From contig JAFSOZ010000011.1 of assembly GCA_017443175.1 (NCBI GenBank), forward strand, positions 26,921 to 90,920: a stretch of DNA of 64,000 bases, read 5' to 3'. Shown here piece after piece: positions 43,903-53,173 of this stretch (position 1 is its first letter; every line of letters starts with the position of its first letter). Below the pieces are notes generated by a model that was given only the letters and a program-made list of their open reading frames with translations, was not told the DNA's origin and did no database searches. A program made the position numbers and the translations under genes. Source of the DNA: Bacteroidales bacterium. GTDB taxonomy: Bacteria > Bacteroidota > Bacteroidia > Bacteroidales > WCHB1-69.

Positions 43903-45147
43903 ATGAAAAAGTATCCTCTCCAAGCCTTTTGTATCTTCTGTCTGGCCCTCATCACCTTCTCCTGCCAACAGAAGAAGACCTTCACCGAAAATCCCGACAT
44001 GGAGTACCGCACATTAGGCAGCACTGGTCTGCGCGTAGGCGTGATAGGCCTCGGCTGCGGCGGCTTTGACGAAATCGACTCCGCCACCTCGCGCGATCTG
44101 GTGACCTACGCCCTCGACCACGGCATGAACTATATGGACATCTACGACGCCAACCCCAAGGTGCGCAGCAACATCGGCTATGGGCTCGGCGACCGCCGCG
44201 AGGAGATGATCATCCAAGGACATATCGGCTGCTGGTGGAACGGCAAGAGCCACGAGCGCACCCGCGATGTGGCAAAATGCAAAAAAGGCTTTGAAGACCT
44301 TCTCACCCGCCTGAACACCGACTATATAGACATAGGTATGATGCACATCTTTGACAAGATGGAAGATTGGGAGAGTGTACAAGGCAGTGATTATCTGCAA
44401 TATGTCAAGGATTTGAAAGCACAGGGCAAGATCAAGCACATCGGTGTAAGCAGTCATAATGCCGAAGTGGCCCTCGCCATCGCCAAGAGCGGGCTGGTTG
44501 AGGTCATCATGTTCAGCCTCAACCCTGCCTTCGACCGTGTGGTGTCGGGCAAGAATCCGTGGGATCCTTCCACATTCGATGAGATGCTGCCGGGCATCGA
44601 CCCCGTGCGCGTGGAGTTGTACGACTACTGTGCCCAGCACAACATCGCCATCACGGTGATGAAGACCTTCGGTGGCGGCGACCGACTGTTAGATGCCGAG
44701 AAATCGCCTTTAAAGACGGCCCTTACCCGCGAACAGTGCTGCGCATACGTGCTGGCCAAACCGTGCGTGGCTTCTGTTTTGTGCACCATCGACAATGCCA
44801 GCAAAGTGGACGAATACTTGCACTACAACAAAGCCACCGACGAGGAGAAGGACTACAACGCCGCCCTCAGCAAACCCACAGCACAAGCAGCACCCGGCAA
44901 GGGCAGCTGCACCTACTGCTCGCACTGCGACCCCTGTCCCGTGGGCATCGACATCGCCAAGGTGAACAAGATGCTGGACAAGGCCAACTTGGCAGGCGAA
45001 GTGAATGCAGAATTAGCCGCCGAATACAAGCTGCTGGCGCATCACGCCAGCGACTGCGTGCAGTGCGGCGCGTGCGAGGAGCGCTGCCCCTTCGACGTGC
45101 CCGTCCGCGAGCGGATGAAAGAGGCCGCAAGAGTGTTCGGGTATTAA
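43903..45147 (+). CDS. aldo/keto reductase fused to a C-terminal 2x[4Fe-4S] ferredoxin-like domain
   Basis: MEYRTLGSTGLRVGVIGLG is the canonical AKR N-terminus and begins at internal ATG 43999. The C-terminus has CTYCSHCDPCP and CVQCGACEERCP. The 32 residues from ATG 43903 form a lipoprotein-like signal, so the start is uncertain. Confidence 0.75.
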   Translation: MKKYPLQAFCIFCLALITFSCQQKKTFTENPDMEYRTLGSTGLRVGVIGLGCGGFDEIDSATSRDLVTYALDHGMNYMDIYDANPKVRSNIGYGLGDRREEMIIQGHIGCWWNGKSHERTRDVAKCKKGFEDLLTRLNTDYIDIGMMHIFDKMEDWESVQGSDYLQYVKDLKAQGKIKHIGVSSHNAEVALAIAKSGLVEVIMFSLNPAFDRVVSGKNPWDPSTFDEMLPGIDPVRVELYDYCAQHNIAITVMKTFGGGDRLLDAEKSPLKTALTREQCCAYVLAKPCVASVLCTIDNASKVDEYLHYNKATDEEKDYNAALSKPTAQAAPGKGSCTYCSHCDPCPVGIDIAKVNKMLDKANLAGEVNAELAAEYKLLAHHASDCVQCGACEERCPFDVPVRERMKEAARVFGY

Positions 45148-45208
45148 AGTATCTCGTCATTACTCCCTCCACAAAGCATTCTTCCCTGCTGAATTTAAGA
45201 ATTTCATG

Positions 45209-45216
45209 TACTTTTG
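45209..45216 (+). promoter_or_regulatory. -7 box (TACTTTTG)
   Basis: 25 nt upstream of ATG 45241. Confidence 0.5.
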
Positions 45217-45240
45217 CCACTTAACCTTTTAACTCCTCCC

Positions 45241-46767
45241 ATGGGCATCATCGTTCGACAAAGCATCAAAGGAACCATCGCCACGTACATCGGGGTGATT
45301 ATCGGTTTTGTGACGACCTTCTTTATTATCACGTCGTACCTGACGACGGAGGAGGTCGGCCTCACGCGTGTGCTGGTAGATGCCGCCACGCTCTTCAGCT
45401 CGTTGGCATTGATGGGTACAAGTTCGTCAACTTTCCGTTTTTATCCACATTTCAAGGACGGCAGTCGCAACCAGCAGGGGCTCTATTTCTGGACATTGAT
45501 TATTCCTTTTGTCGGATTTTTCCTGTTCCTGATTTGCTTTTTCGCCTTCAAAGGGTTGATAGTGCGTGTATTTGAAGACAAGTCTCCCTTGTTCGTCAAC
45601 TACATCTACTACACCCTCCCGATGGCCTTTTTCATGTTGTACATGTATGTCTTCGAGGCTAACGCAACAATTTTGGAGAGGGTGGCCATCCCGAGATTGA
45701 TACGTGAGGTGTTCATCCGGGTTGGACTATTAGTCGGATATTTGCTGTTCGGATTGTGGCATGTAATAAATCTGGACGGACTGGTGATTGTTTTTTGTGT
45801 GACGTACGGATTGGGAGCATTACTGAATCTCTGTTATCTGCTTTTCTCACAAAAAATCTCTTTCAAGCCCAACTTCAAAAACATCACCCCGGAATTGCGG
45901 CGTGATTTTCTGTTATACACGCTGTTTTTGATTACAGCAGCCTTGGTGGGCAGTGTGATGCCTACATTGAGCAGCTTTTTCATCAGTGCCAAGATGGGGT
46001 TGATGTTCACGGGCGTCTATGCTATTGCCAACTACATAGCCACAATGGTGGAGATTCCCGCGCGGTCGTTGAATGCGATTGTACAGCCGCGCATCGCCGT
46101 GGCACTCCGGGCCACACCGCCTGATTTGGCGACCGCCAACAGCTTGTTCCAGCAGGTATCTATCAACCTGCTTCTCGCTGGCATGGCCATCTTGATTTTA
46201 ATATGGATTAACCTAGACCTGTTTTTCGATATCTTGCCCAATGGCGAACAGTATGCTGCCGGAAAGTGGGTGGTATTGATATTGGGAATATCCAAGTTGA
46301 TAAGTTCCACCCTGAACATAGGGGGCTCTTCTCTCAGCTATACTCGCTGGTACTACACCTCCCTGTTTTTCACAATCATACTGCTGATCTCGTCTATTTG
46401 CTTGAACAACTACTTGATTCCGATTTGTGGTATTGAGGGTGGAGCGTTGGCCACATTGGGGTCAAACGCTATCTATTTGGTCATATTATTGCTGTACATC
46501 AAATGGCGGGTGGGCACCTACCCGTTCAGTTGGAAGCAGCTCTTAGTACTGGCTATCGGTCTGTTGATGCTGGGCCTGAACTATCTGATAGTAGCATTCG
46601 TGGGCAAATATGCACAGGAACCTTCGATGGCGTTCAGGATCGTGGAGGCGCTGATACGCACAGGCATCGTAGCACTAGTCGGCCTGCTGGTAATGTATTA
46701 CGGGAAGGTCTCTCCTTACTTGAACGACCTGATCCAAAAGGTGCTGAGAATGGGGAAGAAGGGGTGA
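45241..46767 (+). CDS. wzx: polysaccharide/O-antigen flippase (Wzx, MOP superfamily)
   Basis: About 508 aa with 12-14 hydrophobic helices. The N-terminus SIKGTIATYIGVIIGFVTTFFI is typical of Bacteroidetes polysaccharide biosynthesis proteins. Confidence 0.7.
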   Translation: MGIIVRQSIKGTIATYIGVIIGFVTTFFIITSYLTTEEVGLTRVLVDAATLFSSLALMGTSSSTFRFYPHFKDGSRNQQGLYFWTLIIPFVGFFLFLICFFAFKGLIVRVFEDKSPLFVNYIYYTLPMAFFMLYMYVFEANATILERVAIPRLIREVFIRVGLLVGYLLFGLWHVINLDGLVIVFCVTYGLGALLNLCYLLFSQKISFKPNFKNITPELRRDFLLYTLFLITAALVGSVMPTLSSFFISAKMGLMFTGVYAIANYIATMVEIPARSLNAIVQPRIAVALRATPPDLATANSLFQQVSINLLLAGMAILILIWINLDLFFDILPNGEQYAAGKWVVLILGISKLISSTLNIGGSSLSYTRWYYTSLFFTIILLISSICLNNYLIPICGIEGGALATLGSNAIYLVILLLYIKWRVGTYPFSWKQLLVLAIGLLMLGLNYLIVAFVGKYAQEPSMAFRIVEALIRTGIVALVGLLVMYYGKVSPYLNDLIQKVLRMGKKG

Positions 46768-46774
46768 ATCTTCG

Positions 46775-47365
46775 CTAAAGTCTGGAACCGAACATTGCGG
46801 TCTCCACGAGCTCGCAAATAATGTGTCCTATCATAATGTGGCTTTCCTGGATACGTGGCGTATCCTTGGAGGCCACATTCAGCAATATGTCTGCATAGTC
46901 TTTCATAGCACCACCGGTCTCGCCGGTCATGGCGATGATTTTGACATTCATCTCCTTGGCCACCTCAAAGGCCTTGAGAATGTTTTGGGAGTTGCCTGAG
47001 GTGGAGATACCCACAATGACATCGCCCTCCTTGGCGGTGCCGCGCAAGAGGCGCGCGAAGATGAGGTCGTAGCCGTAGTCGTTGCCCACGGCGGTGAGAT
47101 AGGAGGTGTTGCAGTGGAGGGCTTCGGCGTTGAGGGGCGGGCGGTCGAAGTAGAAGCGTCCGGAGAGTTCTGCGGCGAGGTGCTGTGCGTCGGCGGCGCT
47201 GCCTCCGTTGCCGCAGAAATGGATTTTGCCGCCGCCGCGCAGCGACTCGGTGATGATTTGCGCTGCACGCTCAATGCGGCTCAGAAAATCATTATCGTCC
47301 AACATCGCCTGCTTCACGGCGATGGACTGCTGGATGGATTGGGTGATGCGGGGATTATTGTTCAT
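46775..47365 (-). CDS. gmhA: D-sedoheptulose-7-phosphate isomerase
   Basis: 196 aa. KIHFCGNGGSAADAQHLAAEL and VGISTSGNSQNIL SIS-domain motifs align along the full length of GmhA. The rest of tracked ORF 46775-48391 is antisense to the GT2 gene. Confidence 0.88.
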   Translation of the reverse strand: MNNNPRITQSIQQSIAVKQAMLDDNDFLSRIERAAQIITESLRGGGKIHFCGNGGSAADAQHLAAELSGRFYFDRPPLNAEALHCNTSYLTAVGNDYGYDLIFARLLRGTAKEGDVIVGISTSGNSQNILKAFEVAKEMNVKIIAMTGETGGAMKDYADILLNVASKDTPRIQESHIMIGHIICELVETAMFGSRL

Positions 47366-47369
47366 AGCG

Positions 47370-47377
47370 CAAAGATA
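47370..47377 (-). promoter_or_regulatory. -7 box (TATCTTTG on minus strand) only 5 nt from the gmhA ATG
   Basis: TAnnTTTG match. The spacing implies a leaderless or near-leaderless mRNA if it is functional. Confidence 0.3.
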
Positions 47378-47411
47378 CAAAAATTCCAGATTCAGATTCG
47401 TATAAAATTTG

Positions 47412-47419
47412 TATTTTTG
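47412..47419 (+). promoter_or_regulatory. -7 box (TATTTTTG)
   Basis: 22 nt upstream of ATG 47441. Confidence 0.5.
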
Positions 47420-47440
47420 CAAACTATAAATAAATAGGAA

Positions 47441-48481
47441 ATGGCTGTTGAAAAAGAAATCCGCTTGTCCATCATCGTTCCCGTTTACAACCGGCCCGAC
47501 GAGGTGACCGAACTGCTGGAGAGTCTGGCGAATCAGACCGACAAGGACTTTGAGGTGCTGATCATGGAAGGCGACTCCCCGAACCGCTGCGACCAGGTCT
47601 GCGCACGCTATACCGACCGCGTCAACGTGCATCATCATTTCTACCCCAAGTACAGTCGAAGCCAACGCCGTAACAAGGGTATGGACCTGGCTGCCGGCAA
47701 CTATTACCTCTTTTTCGACTCCGACTGCATCATCCCTCCAACATATATCGCCATTGTGCGGGAGAAGTTGCAGAACGACTATGTGGATTGCTACGGCGGA
47801 CCGGACAGCGCCGATCAGGATTTTTCGGATGTCCAGCTCGCCATCAACTACTCCATGACCTCCATGATGACCACCGGCGGCATCCGCGGCGGCACCAAAA
47901 AAGTTGACAAGTTCCTGCCCCGCACCTTCAATATGGGATTTTCCAAGGAGGTTTATGACAAAGTGGACGGATTCCAGGACATTATCGGGGAAGACATTGA
48001 CCAGAGCCTCCGTATTCGCGAAGCGGGATTCACCACCCGGCTCATCAAGGAGGCCTCCCTCTTCCACAAGCGCAAAATCGACCTGAAAAAATTCTACAAA
48101 CAGGTGAACACCTTCGGGAAAGCCCGGATTCTGCTTACCACTCTGCACCCCGGCTCGTTCAAACTGGTCTATCTGCTGCCTACCTGCTTCTTCCTCGGCA
48201 ACGTGTTCCTCGTACTGATGGCTCTCATCGCCCTGATCGCCCGTTGTTGCGGCGACAGCGCCTTCGGCCAATGGTGGTGGATCTGGCTGCTGCCGATCGC
48301 CTTCTACATCTTGGCCATCTTCTGCGAATCCCTGATCAAGAACAAGAAAATCAAGGTTGCGCTGCTCTCCATCCTCACCAGTTATATTCAACTATGCGGC
48401 TATGGCATCGGGTTCCTGGACGAATTCTTTACGAGACGCGCCTCCAAAAAATCACAAGAAACCATTTATTTACAACAATAA
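47441..48481 (+). CDS. family 2 glycosyltransferase with C-terminal TM helices
   Basis: LSIIVPVYNRPDEV...FDSDC (DxD). Several C-terminal hydrophobic helices, like GtrB/polyprenyl-phosphate glycosyltransferases. Confidence 0.8.
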   Translation: MAVEKEIRLSIIVPVYNRPDEVTELLESLANQTDKDFEVLIMEGDSPNRCDQVCARYTDRVNVHHHFYPKYSRSQRRNKGMDLAAGNYYLFFDSDCIIPPTYIAIVREKLQNDYVDCYGGPDSADQDFSDVQLAINYSMTSMMTTGGIRGGTKKVDKFLPRTFNMGFSKEVYDKVDGFQDIIGEDIDQSLRIREAGFTTRLIKEASLFHKRKIDLKKFYKQVNTFGKARILLTTLHPGSFKLVYLLPTCFFLGNVFLVLMALIALIARCCGDSAFGQWWWIWLLPIAFYILAIFCESLIKNKKIKVALLSILTSYIQLCGYGIGFLDEFFTRRASKKSQETIYLQQ

Positions 48482-48489
48482 TCGTCAAT

Positions 48490-49263
48490 ATGAAAGTAGT
48501 TTTGTTAGCGGGAGGTTTTGGCACCCGACTCAGTGAAGCCACCAATCTGATTCCGAAACCGATGGTTGAAATCGGGGGAAAACCCATCCTGTGGCATATC
48601 ATGAAATACTATAACCAATTCGGTTTCAATGAGTTTATAATCTGCTGCGGCTACAAGCAATATGTCATCAAAGAGTATTTTGCTCATTATTTCATGCACA
48701 ATTGCGACATCACGGTGGATCTCTCCGACAACAGTCTGGAGGTGCTTGACAACCACTCCGAAAACTGGAAGGTGACGATGGTCGATACGGGGCTGAACAC
48801 CATGACCGGCGGCCGCATCAACCGCGTGAAGAAGTACGTCGGCAACGAGCCCTTCCTGCTCAACTACGGCGACGGTCTCTCCGATGTGAACATCCTGGAC
48901 ACCATCGAGGCGCACAAGAAATCGGGCAAGGTGCTCTCCATGATGGCCTACCAGCCGAGCGGCAAACTGGGCGTCTTGGAGATTGACGATAACGACAATT
49001 CCGTGCTTTCCTTCAAGGAGAAACCCGACCAGGGCGGTTCCTGGATCAACGCGGGCTTCTTCGTATGCAAACCGGAACTCTTTGACTATCTGGGTGATGA
49101 CACTGAGATGTTCGAACGCCAGCCCATGGAGCGAATCATGGCGGCCAAACAGCTGCACGCCTACAAGCACACCGGATTCTGGAAGGCTATGGACACGCTG
49201 AACGACAACAAGGAGTTCAACAAGTTGTGGGATGCAGGAAATGCTCCCTGGAAAAACTGGTAA
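48490..49263 (+). CDS. rfbF: glucose-1-phosphate cytidylyltransferase
   Basis: MKVVLLAGGFGTRLSE...KPMVEIGGKPILWHIMK...GFWKAMDTLNDN is typical RfbF/DdhA. Confidence 0.88.
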   Translation: MKVVLLAGGFGTRLSEATNLIPKPMVEIGGKPILWHIMKYYNQFGFNEFIICCGYKQYVIKEYFAHYFMHNCDITVDLSDNSLEVLDNHSENWKVTMVDTGLNTMTGGRINRVKKYVGNEPFLLNYGDGLSDVNILDTIEAHKKSGKVLSMMAYQPSGKLGVLEIDDNDNSVLSFKEKPDQGGSWINAGFFVCKPELFDYLGDDTEMFERQPMERIMAAKQLHAYKHTGFWKAMDTLNDNKEFNKLWDAGNAPWKNW

Positions 49264-49273
49264 TCAAGACATT

Positions 49274-50344
49274 ATGACAGACATCTTTCAACAGTTTTAT
49301 AAAGGCAAAACGGTTTTGGTGACCGGCCATACCGGCTTCAAAGGCTCCTGGCTCGCCATCTGGCTGCACGAAATGGGGGCCAAAGTCGTCGGATTGGCAC
49401 AAGATCCCGCCACCGACAAGGACAATTTCGTTCTGGCAGGCCTTGCCGACAAAATCACCGACATTCGCGGAGACATCCGCGATGCGGAAACGGTCAACGC
49501 CGTTTTTGAGCAGTACCAACCGGAAATCGTTTTCCACATGGCGGCGCAACCCATTGTGCGGTTGTCGTACGAGCAGCCGGTGGAGACCTACCAGACCAAC
49601 GTGATGGGCAGCATCCACGTGATGGAGGCTTTCCGCAGATGCTCGTCCGCCAAAGTCGCGGTGATGATCACCACGGACAAATGCTACGAAAACCGCGAGC
49701 AAATCTGGGGTTACCGTGAAAACGAGCCCATGGGCGGCTACGATCCGTACTCCTCCTCCAAGGGTGCGGCGGAGATTGCCATCTCCTCGTGGCGCCGCTC
49801 GTTCATGCACCCCGACAAGTACGAACAACATCATAAGTCCATCGCCAGCGTGCGTGCCGGCAACGTCATCGGCGGCGGCGACTGGGCCAAGGACCGCATC
49901 ATCCCCGATTGCATCCGCGCATTGGAGACAGGTACGCCCATCGCCATCCGCAACCGCACTGCCGTTCGTCCGTGGCAGCATGTCCTTGAACCGCTGAACG
50001 GCTATCTGCTGTTGGCGCAGAAGATGTGGGAGGATCCCACTCGCTATTGCGAAGGCTGGAACTTCGGTCCGAACGCCGAATCCATCGCCACCGTGTGGGA
50101 CATCGCCTCGCTGCTGATCCGACACTACGGCAGCGGCTCGTTGCAGGATGCCTCCGACCCGAACGCGGTGCACGAGGCCAACCTGCTGATGCTGGATATC
50201 AGCAAAGCCCGCTTCCAGTTGGGCTGGAACCCGCGGCTCAACCTCGACCAAACAGCCGAACTCACCGCCGACTGGTATATGCGCTATCAGCATGAAGATG
50301 TTTATTCGTTGTGTGTCAAACAAATAGAACAATATCTGCAATAA
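49274..50344 (+). CDS. rfbG: CDP-glucose 4,6-dehydratase
   Basis: KTVLVTGHTGFKGSWL, ITTDKCY, DPYSSSKGAAE (YxxxK), 356 aa. Confidence 0.88.
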   Translation: MTDIFQQFYKGKTVLVTGHTGFKGSWLAIWLHEMGAKVVGLAQDPATDKDNFVLAGLADKITDIRGDIRDAETVNAVFEQYQPEIVFHMAAQPIVRLSYEQPVETYQTNVMGSIHVMEAFRRCSSAKVAVMITTDKCYENREQIWGYRENEPMGGYDPYSSSKGAAEIAISSWRRSFMHPDKYEQHHKSIASVRAGNVIGGGDWAKDRIIPDCIRALETGTPIAIRNRTAVRPWQHVLEPLNGYLLLAQKMWEDPTRYCEGWNFGPNAESIATVWDIASLLIRHYGSGSLQDASDPNAVHEANLLMLDISKARFQLGWNPRLNLDQTAELTADWYMRYQHEDVYSLCVKQIEQYLQ

Positions 50345-50889
50345 TGGAATTTTCAAAAACCAATATAGAGGGGCTCTATCTTATTCGTCTCAAGCCCTTT
50401 AACGATCTTCGCGGCCAACTGTACAAACCCTTCAACGCCTACACCTTCGCGGCCAATGCGCCCGCTGAAATCAATACGGACATCAAGGAAGTGTGGTTCA
50501 CCAAGTCCAAGCTCAACGTCATCCGCGCCATGCACCTGCAGGTGGGCGAACTGGCGTGCGAGAAAATCGTCTCCATCATCCGAGGCAAGGTCCACGATGT
50601 CATCCTCGACATTCGGGAAGACTCCCCCACATACGGGCAGGTGTTCGATGTGGTGATGGACGAGCAAGATCCTGTGGCTCTGTATATTCCAATTGGCTGT
50701 GCGCACGGTTATCGCGTGCTGCAAGACGAGTCCATCGTGATGTACATGTCCACGCAGGACCACTCCGGCAAAGACGATGTGGGCATCAAATACGACTCTT
50801 TCGGGTTCGATTGGGGCATTGAAGACCCGATTTTGTCGGAAAAGGACAAGAATCTGCCCCCATTCGGCGAATACAAATACAAACGGTAG
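50344..50889 (+). CDS. RmlC-like cupin sugar-nucleotide 3,5-epimerase
   Basis: 181 aa. DLRGQLYK...RAMHLQ...KIVSIIRGKVHDVILDIR...CAHGY pattern of the dTDP-4-dehydrorhamnose 3,5-epimerase family. Its start overlaps the rfbG stop (TAATG). Confidence 0.75.
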   Translation: MEFSKTNIEGLYLIRLKPFNDLRGQLYKPFNAYTFAANAPAEINTDIKEVWFTKSKLNVIRAMHLQVGELACEKIVSIIRGKVHDVILDIREDSPTYGQVFDVVMDEQDPVALYIPIGCAHGYRVLQDESIVMYMSTQDHSGKDDVGIKYDSFGFDWGIEDPILSEKDKNLPPFGEYKYKR

Positions 50890-50939
50890 AGACTTGGCAT
50901 GCCGCGTCTCATCACGTGCCGACTTTTATCAATAATTCA

Positions 50940-51851
50940 ATGACAATGAGAATAGTAATCACAGGTGCTACGGGCTTTATCGGACAGAATTTCATCCCGA
51001 TGTTAGTGGAAAACGAATCTTCGGTGGAAATCATGACCCTCAACCGTTCGGTGGAGAAGGCGGAAAAGCTGTTTCCCCAGAAACAATGCCGGCACATATC
51101 GGTAGAGGAGATGGCACAAATCGTGGATTTCAAGCCGGACATGGTGTTCCATTTGGCCACGCTTTCCACCAGTCGCAACGATTGGGACATCATTGAGCCG
51201 ATGATGTCCGCCAACCTCACCTTTGGGGTACAGTTGCTGCATTATGTCTCGCAATGCCCTGATTTGAAATTGTTTGTCAACATCGGCACCTTTGCGCAAT
51301 ACCGTTTGGGCACGCAACAGATCTGTGACGCCTACCTCTATTCCGCCACCAAGACGGCCTTTAGGCAGTTTGTCGAGTACTATTCCCAGCTTTACAGCTT
51401 CAAATACGTGCAGTTAGTGCCATACACCATCTATGGCGGCAAAGACACAGCCAAGAAGCTGATCGACTACATCATCGAGGCCACCACCTCCGATACACCT
51501 GTAGATATGACCTTGGGCGAACAGGTTTTGGACTTCACCCATGTGGAGGATGTCGCCGGCTTCTTCCTGCATCTGATCCGCAATCTGGACCTTTTCGCAG
51601 GCATCCGCAACGGCGAGGAGTTTCACATCGGCACGGGCCGGGGCACCTCCCCGCGCGAGCTGGCCGCCATTGTGGAACGCGAGTTCGGCAAAAAGTGCAA
51701 CATCAACTGGGGCGGCCGTCCCTACCGCCCGATGGACACCATGTACGCCGTCGCCCCGATCGCCAAGAACCTGGAGTTGTTGAAGTGGCGTGCGAAGGTA
51801 AGTGTTGAAGAGGGAGTGAGAAGGATGAAGGAGCGGACGAATACCCTTTGA
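50940..51851 (+). CDS. NAD-dependent sugar-nucleotide epimerase/reductase (SDR)
   Basis: MRIVITGATGFIGQN Rossmann motif and YSATKTA (YxxxK). Likely the 4-reductase of the CDP-sugar pathway. Confidence 0.75.
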   Translation: MTMRIVITGATGFIGQNFIPMLVENESSVEIMTLNRSVEKAEKLFPQKQCRHISVEEMAQIVDFKPDMVFHLATLSTSRNDWDIIEPMMSANLTFGVQLLHYVSQCPDLKLFVNIGTFAQYRLGTQQICDAYLYSATKTAFRQFVEYYSQLYSFKYVQLVPYTIYGGKDTAKKLIDYIIEATTSDTPVDMTLGEQVLDFTHVEDVAGFFLHLIRNLDLFAGIRNGEEFHIGTGRGTSPRELAAIVEREFGKKCNINWGGRPYRPMDTMYAVAPIAKNLELLKWRAKVSVEEGVRRMKERTNTL

Positions 51852-52850
51852 TTATTCACTCCGAACAAACCATTGTCGCCGTTGGTTAATGATGCGCCAA
51901 TAACCGCGCTTCATCTTATCATTTAAAAAGCTACTGGCAATCAAATCGTTAACCATTAATGGAAACTTCATAAAAAGATTCAACACCCGTTCGACTCTTT
52001 TTGCAGGCAGTCCGATGCGCTGAGCGAATCGTTCGAAATCAGTCCGGCACAAATGCCCTGTTCGAAGCAGGGCATCGCTTGGCTCTAGATTAGGGGCAAG
52101 ACCACCTTTCAATCCCAAATCATCGCCTTCAAGATGGAGGCGGGTGTTCAGCAGATCGTATGCGGGTGCAAGCGCATACTCGCCATTGCGATTAATGAGC
52201 GAGAAATTCTTCAGATGCGCATCCTCGTTTGCATATAGGTAGTTGAATAAAACGAGTTTGAAGAACCGTTCCGTTTCCACCATCCATGCCGGTACAACTG
52301 TTCGAATAGCATCGGCAATCATGGCGTAATGGCCATCATATTTGAAATTGCTGCCGAAACCTTGCTCGGTTTTGCCAAGCACCGATGCGAAATCTTCCAT
52401 CGAATACTTCGTCAAGTCGGGTTTCACATCAAACCTTCGGGTGATATACACAGGTTGCCCTTTCGCACTGAAACACAAAGCATTCGCTGCCGTCTCAATG
52501 CCATAAACCTGTGAGGCTATCTGCATGGTTAGATGTTCATTGGCAGGAATCTGTTTGCGGGTTTGGATATTAATCAGCGGAGCAGGTTTCAGGATAAAAG
52601 TCCCTTGTTCACCTGGGTTCGAAAGACGGATATGACCACGCTCCACCACGGCCGAATATTTCTCTTGTGCACCGGAGATTGAAAGATTACTTTGGTTCTC
52701 TTGCAAATCAGAATTGGCATGAATGCCATCAAAGTCAAAATCCAAAAATGGGGACACTTTCTCGCCATTAAAGAGCATCTTCAATGTTAGTGGCGAATAG
52801 GTATTGTATCCAGGCTGCAAAGTAGCTGGACATACGCTGATAGTTCTCAT
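51852..52850 (-). CDS. hipT: HipA-family Ser/Thr kinase toxin lacking N-subdomain 1 (HipT-like)
   Basis: 332 aa from ATG 52850. Gly-rich loop LSISGAQEKYS (S57-I58-S59), catalytic loop NEDAHLKNFSL, PAYDLLNT. 4-nt overlap with the upstream ORF. Confidence 0.8.
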   Translation of the reverse strand: MRTISVCPATLQPGYNTYSPLTLKMLFNGEKVSPFLDFDFDGIHANSDLQENQSNLSISGAQEKYSAVVERGHIRLSNPGEQGTFILKPAPLINIQTRKQIPANEHLTMQIASQVYGIETAANALCFSAKGQPVYITRRFDVKPDLTKYSMEDFASVLGKTEQGFGSNFKYDGHYAMIADAIRTVVPAWMVETERFFKLVLFNYLYANEDAHLKNFSLINRNGEYALAPAYDLLNTRLHLEGDDLGLKGGLAPNLEPSDALLRTGHLCRTDFERFAQRIGLPAKRVERVLNLFMKFPLMVNDLIASSFLNDKMKRGYWRIINQRRQWFVRSE

Positions 52851-53173
52851 TTTCCCTCCTTTCTCAATGTCACATTGCCAATACAGTCCTTTCCGCAAAT
52901 CATCTCCAACATCCCGAAAAAGTCATTGTCGTCCACTTTGAAATATGCACACATAGCCCTACGGTTGGAGCCTTCGGGCAGCAGGTTGGTGAAAAACGGA
53001 AAGATGCGGCTGGAACGATAAGGCTCCTCCCTTTTGGGCATTGACAATGCAATGGCTGGCGTTTCTGAATCTGCCAAATATTGGGCATTATAGGCGAATT
53101 CGTAATCGTTTCGATCCCGTTCCGTCAGTCGGCCTGCGAGCCTATCGTCCAAATAAACATCCACCGTTCTCAT
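52847..53173 (-). CDS. hipS: HipA N-terminal subdomain-1 protein (HipS-like)
   Basis: 108 aa. VYLDDRLAGRLTE...FTNLLPEGSNR matches the N-terminal HipA couple domain encoded as a separate ORF. Confidence 0.75.
   Translation of the reverse strand: MRTVDVYLDDRLAGRLTERDRNDYEFAYNAQYLADSETPAIALSMPKREEPYRSSRIFPFFTNLLPEGSNRRAMCAYFKVDDNDFFGMLEMICGKDCIGNVTLRKEGK

Noticed and set aside
45214-45240. TTG start extending the flippase ORF by 9 codons
   Set aside because: It overlaps the -7 box (45209-45216) by 3 nt. ATG 45241 at 25-nt spacing is more plausible.
47366-48391. N-terminal 340 aa of tracked ORF 46775-48391 (minus strand), upstream of the gmhA portion
   Set aside because: Only the last 196 codons (from ATG 47365) align with GmhA. 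The upstream part is antisense to the GT2 gene at 47441-48481 and crosses the divergent promoter region.
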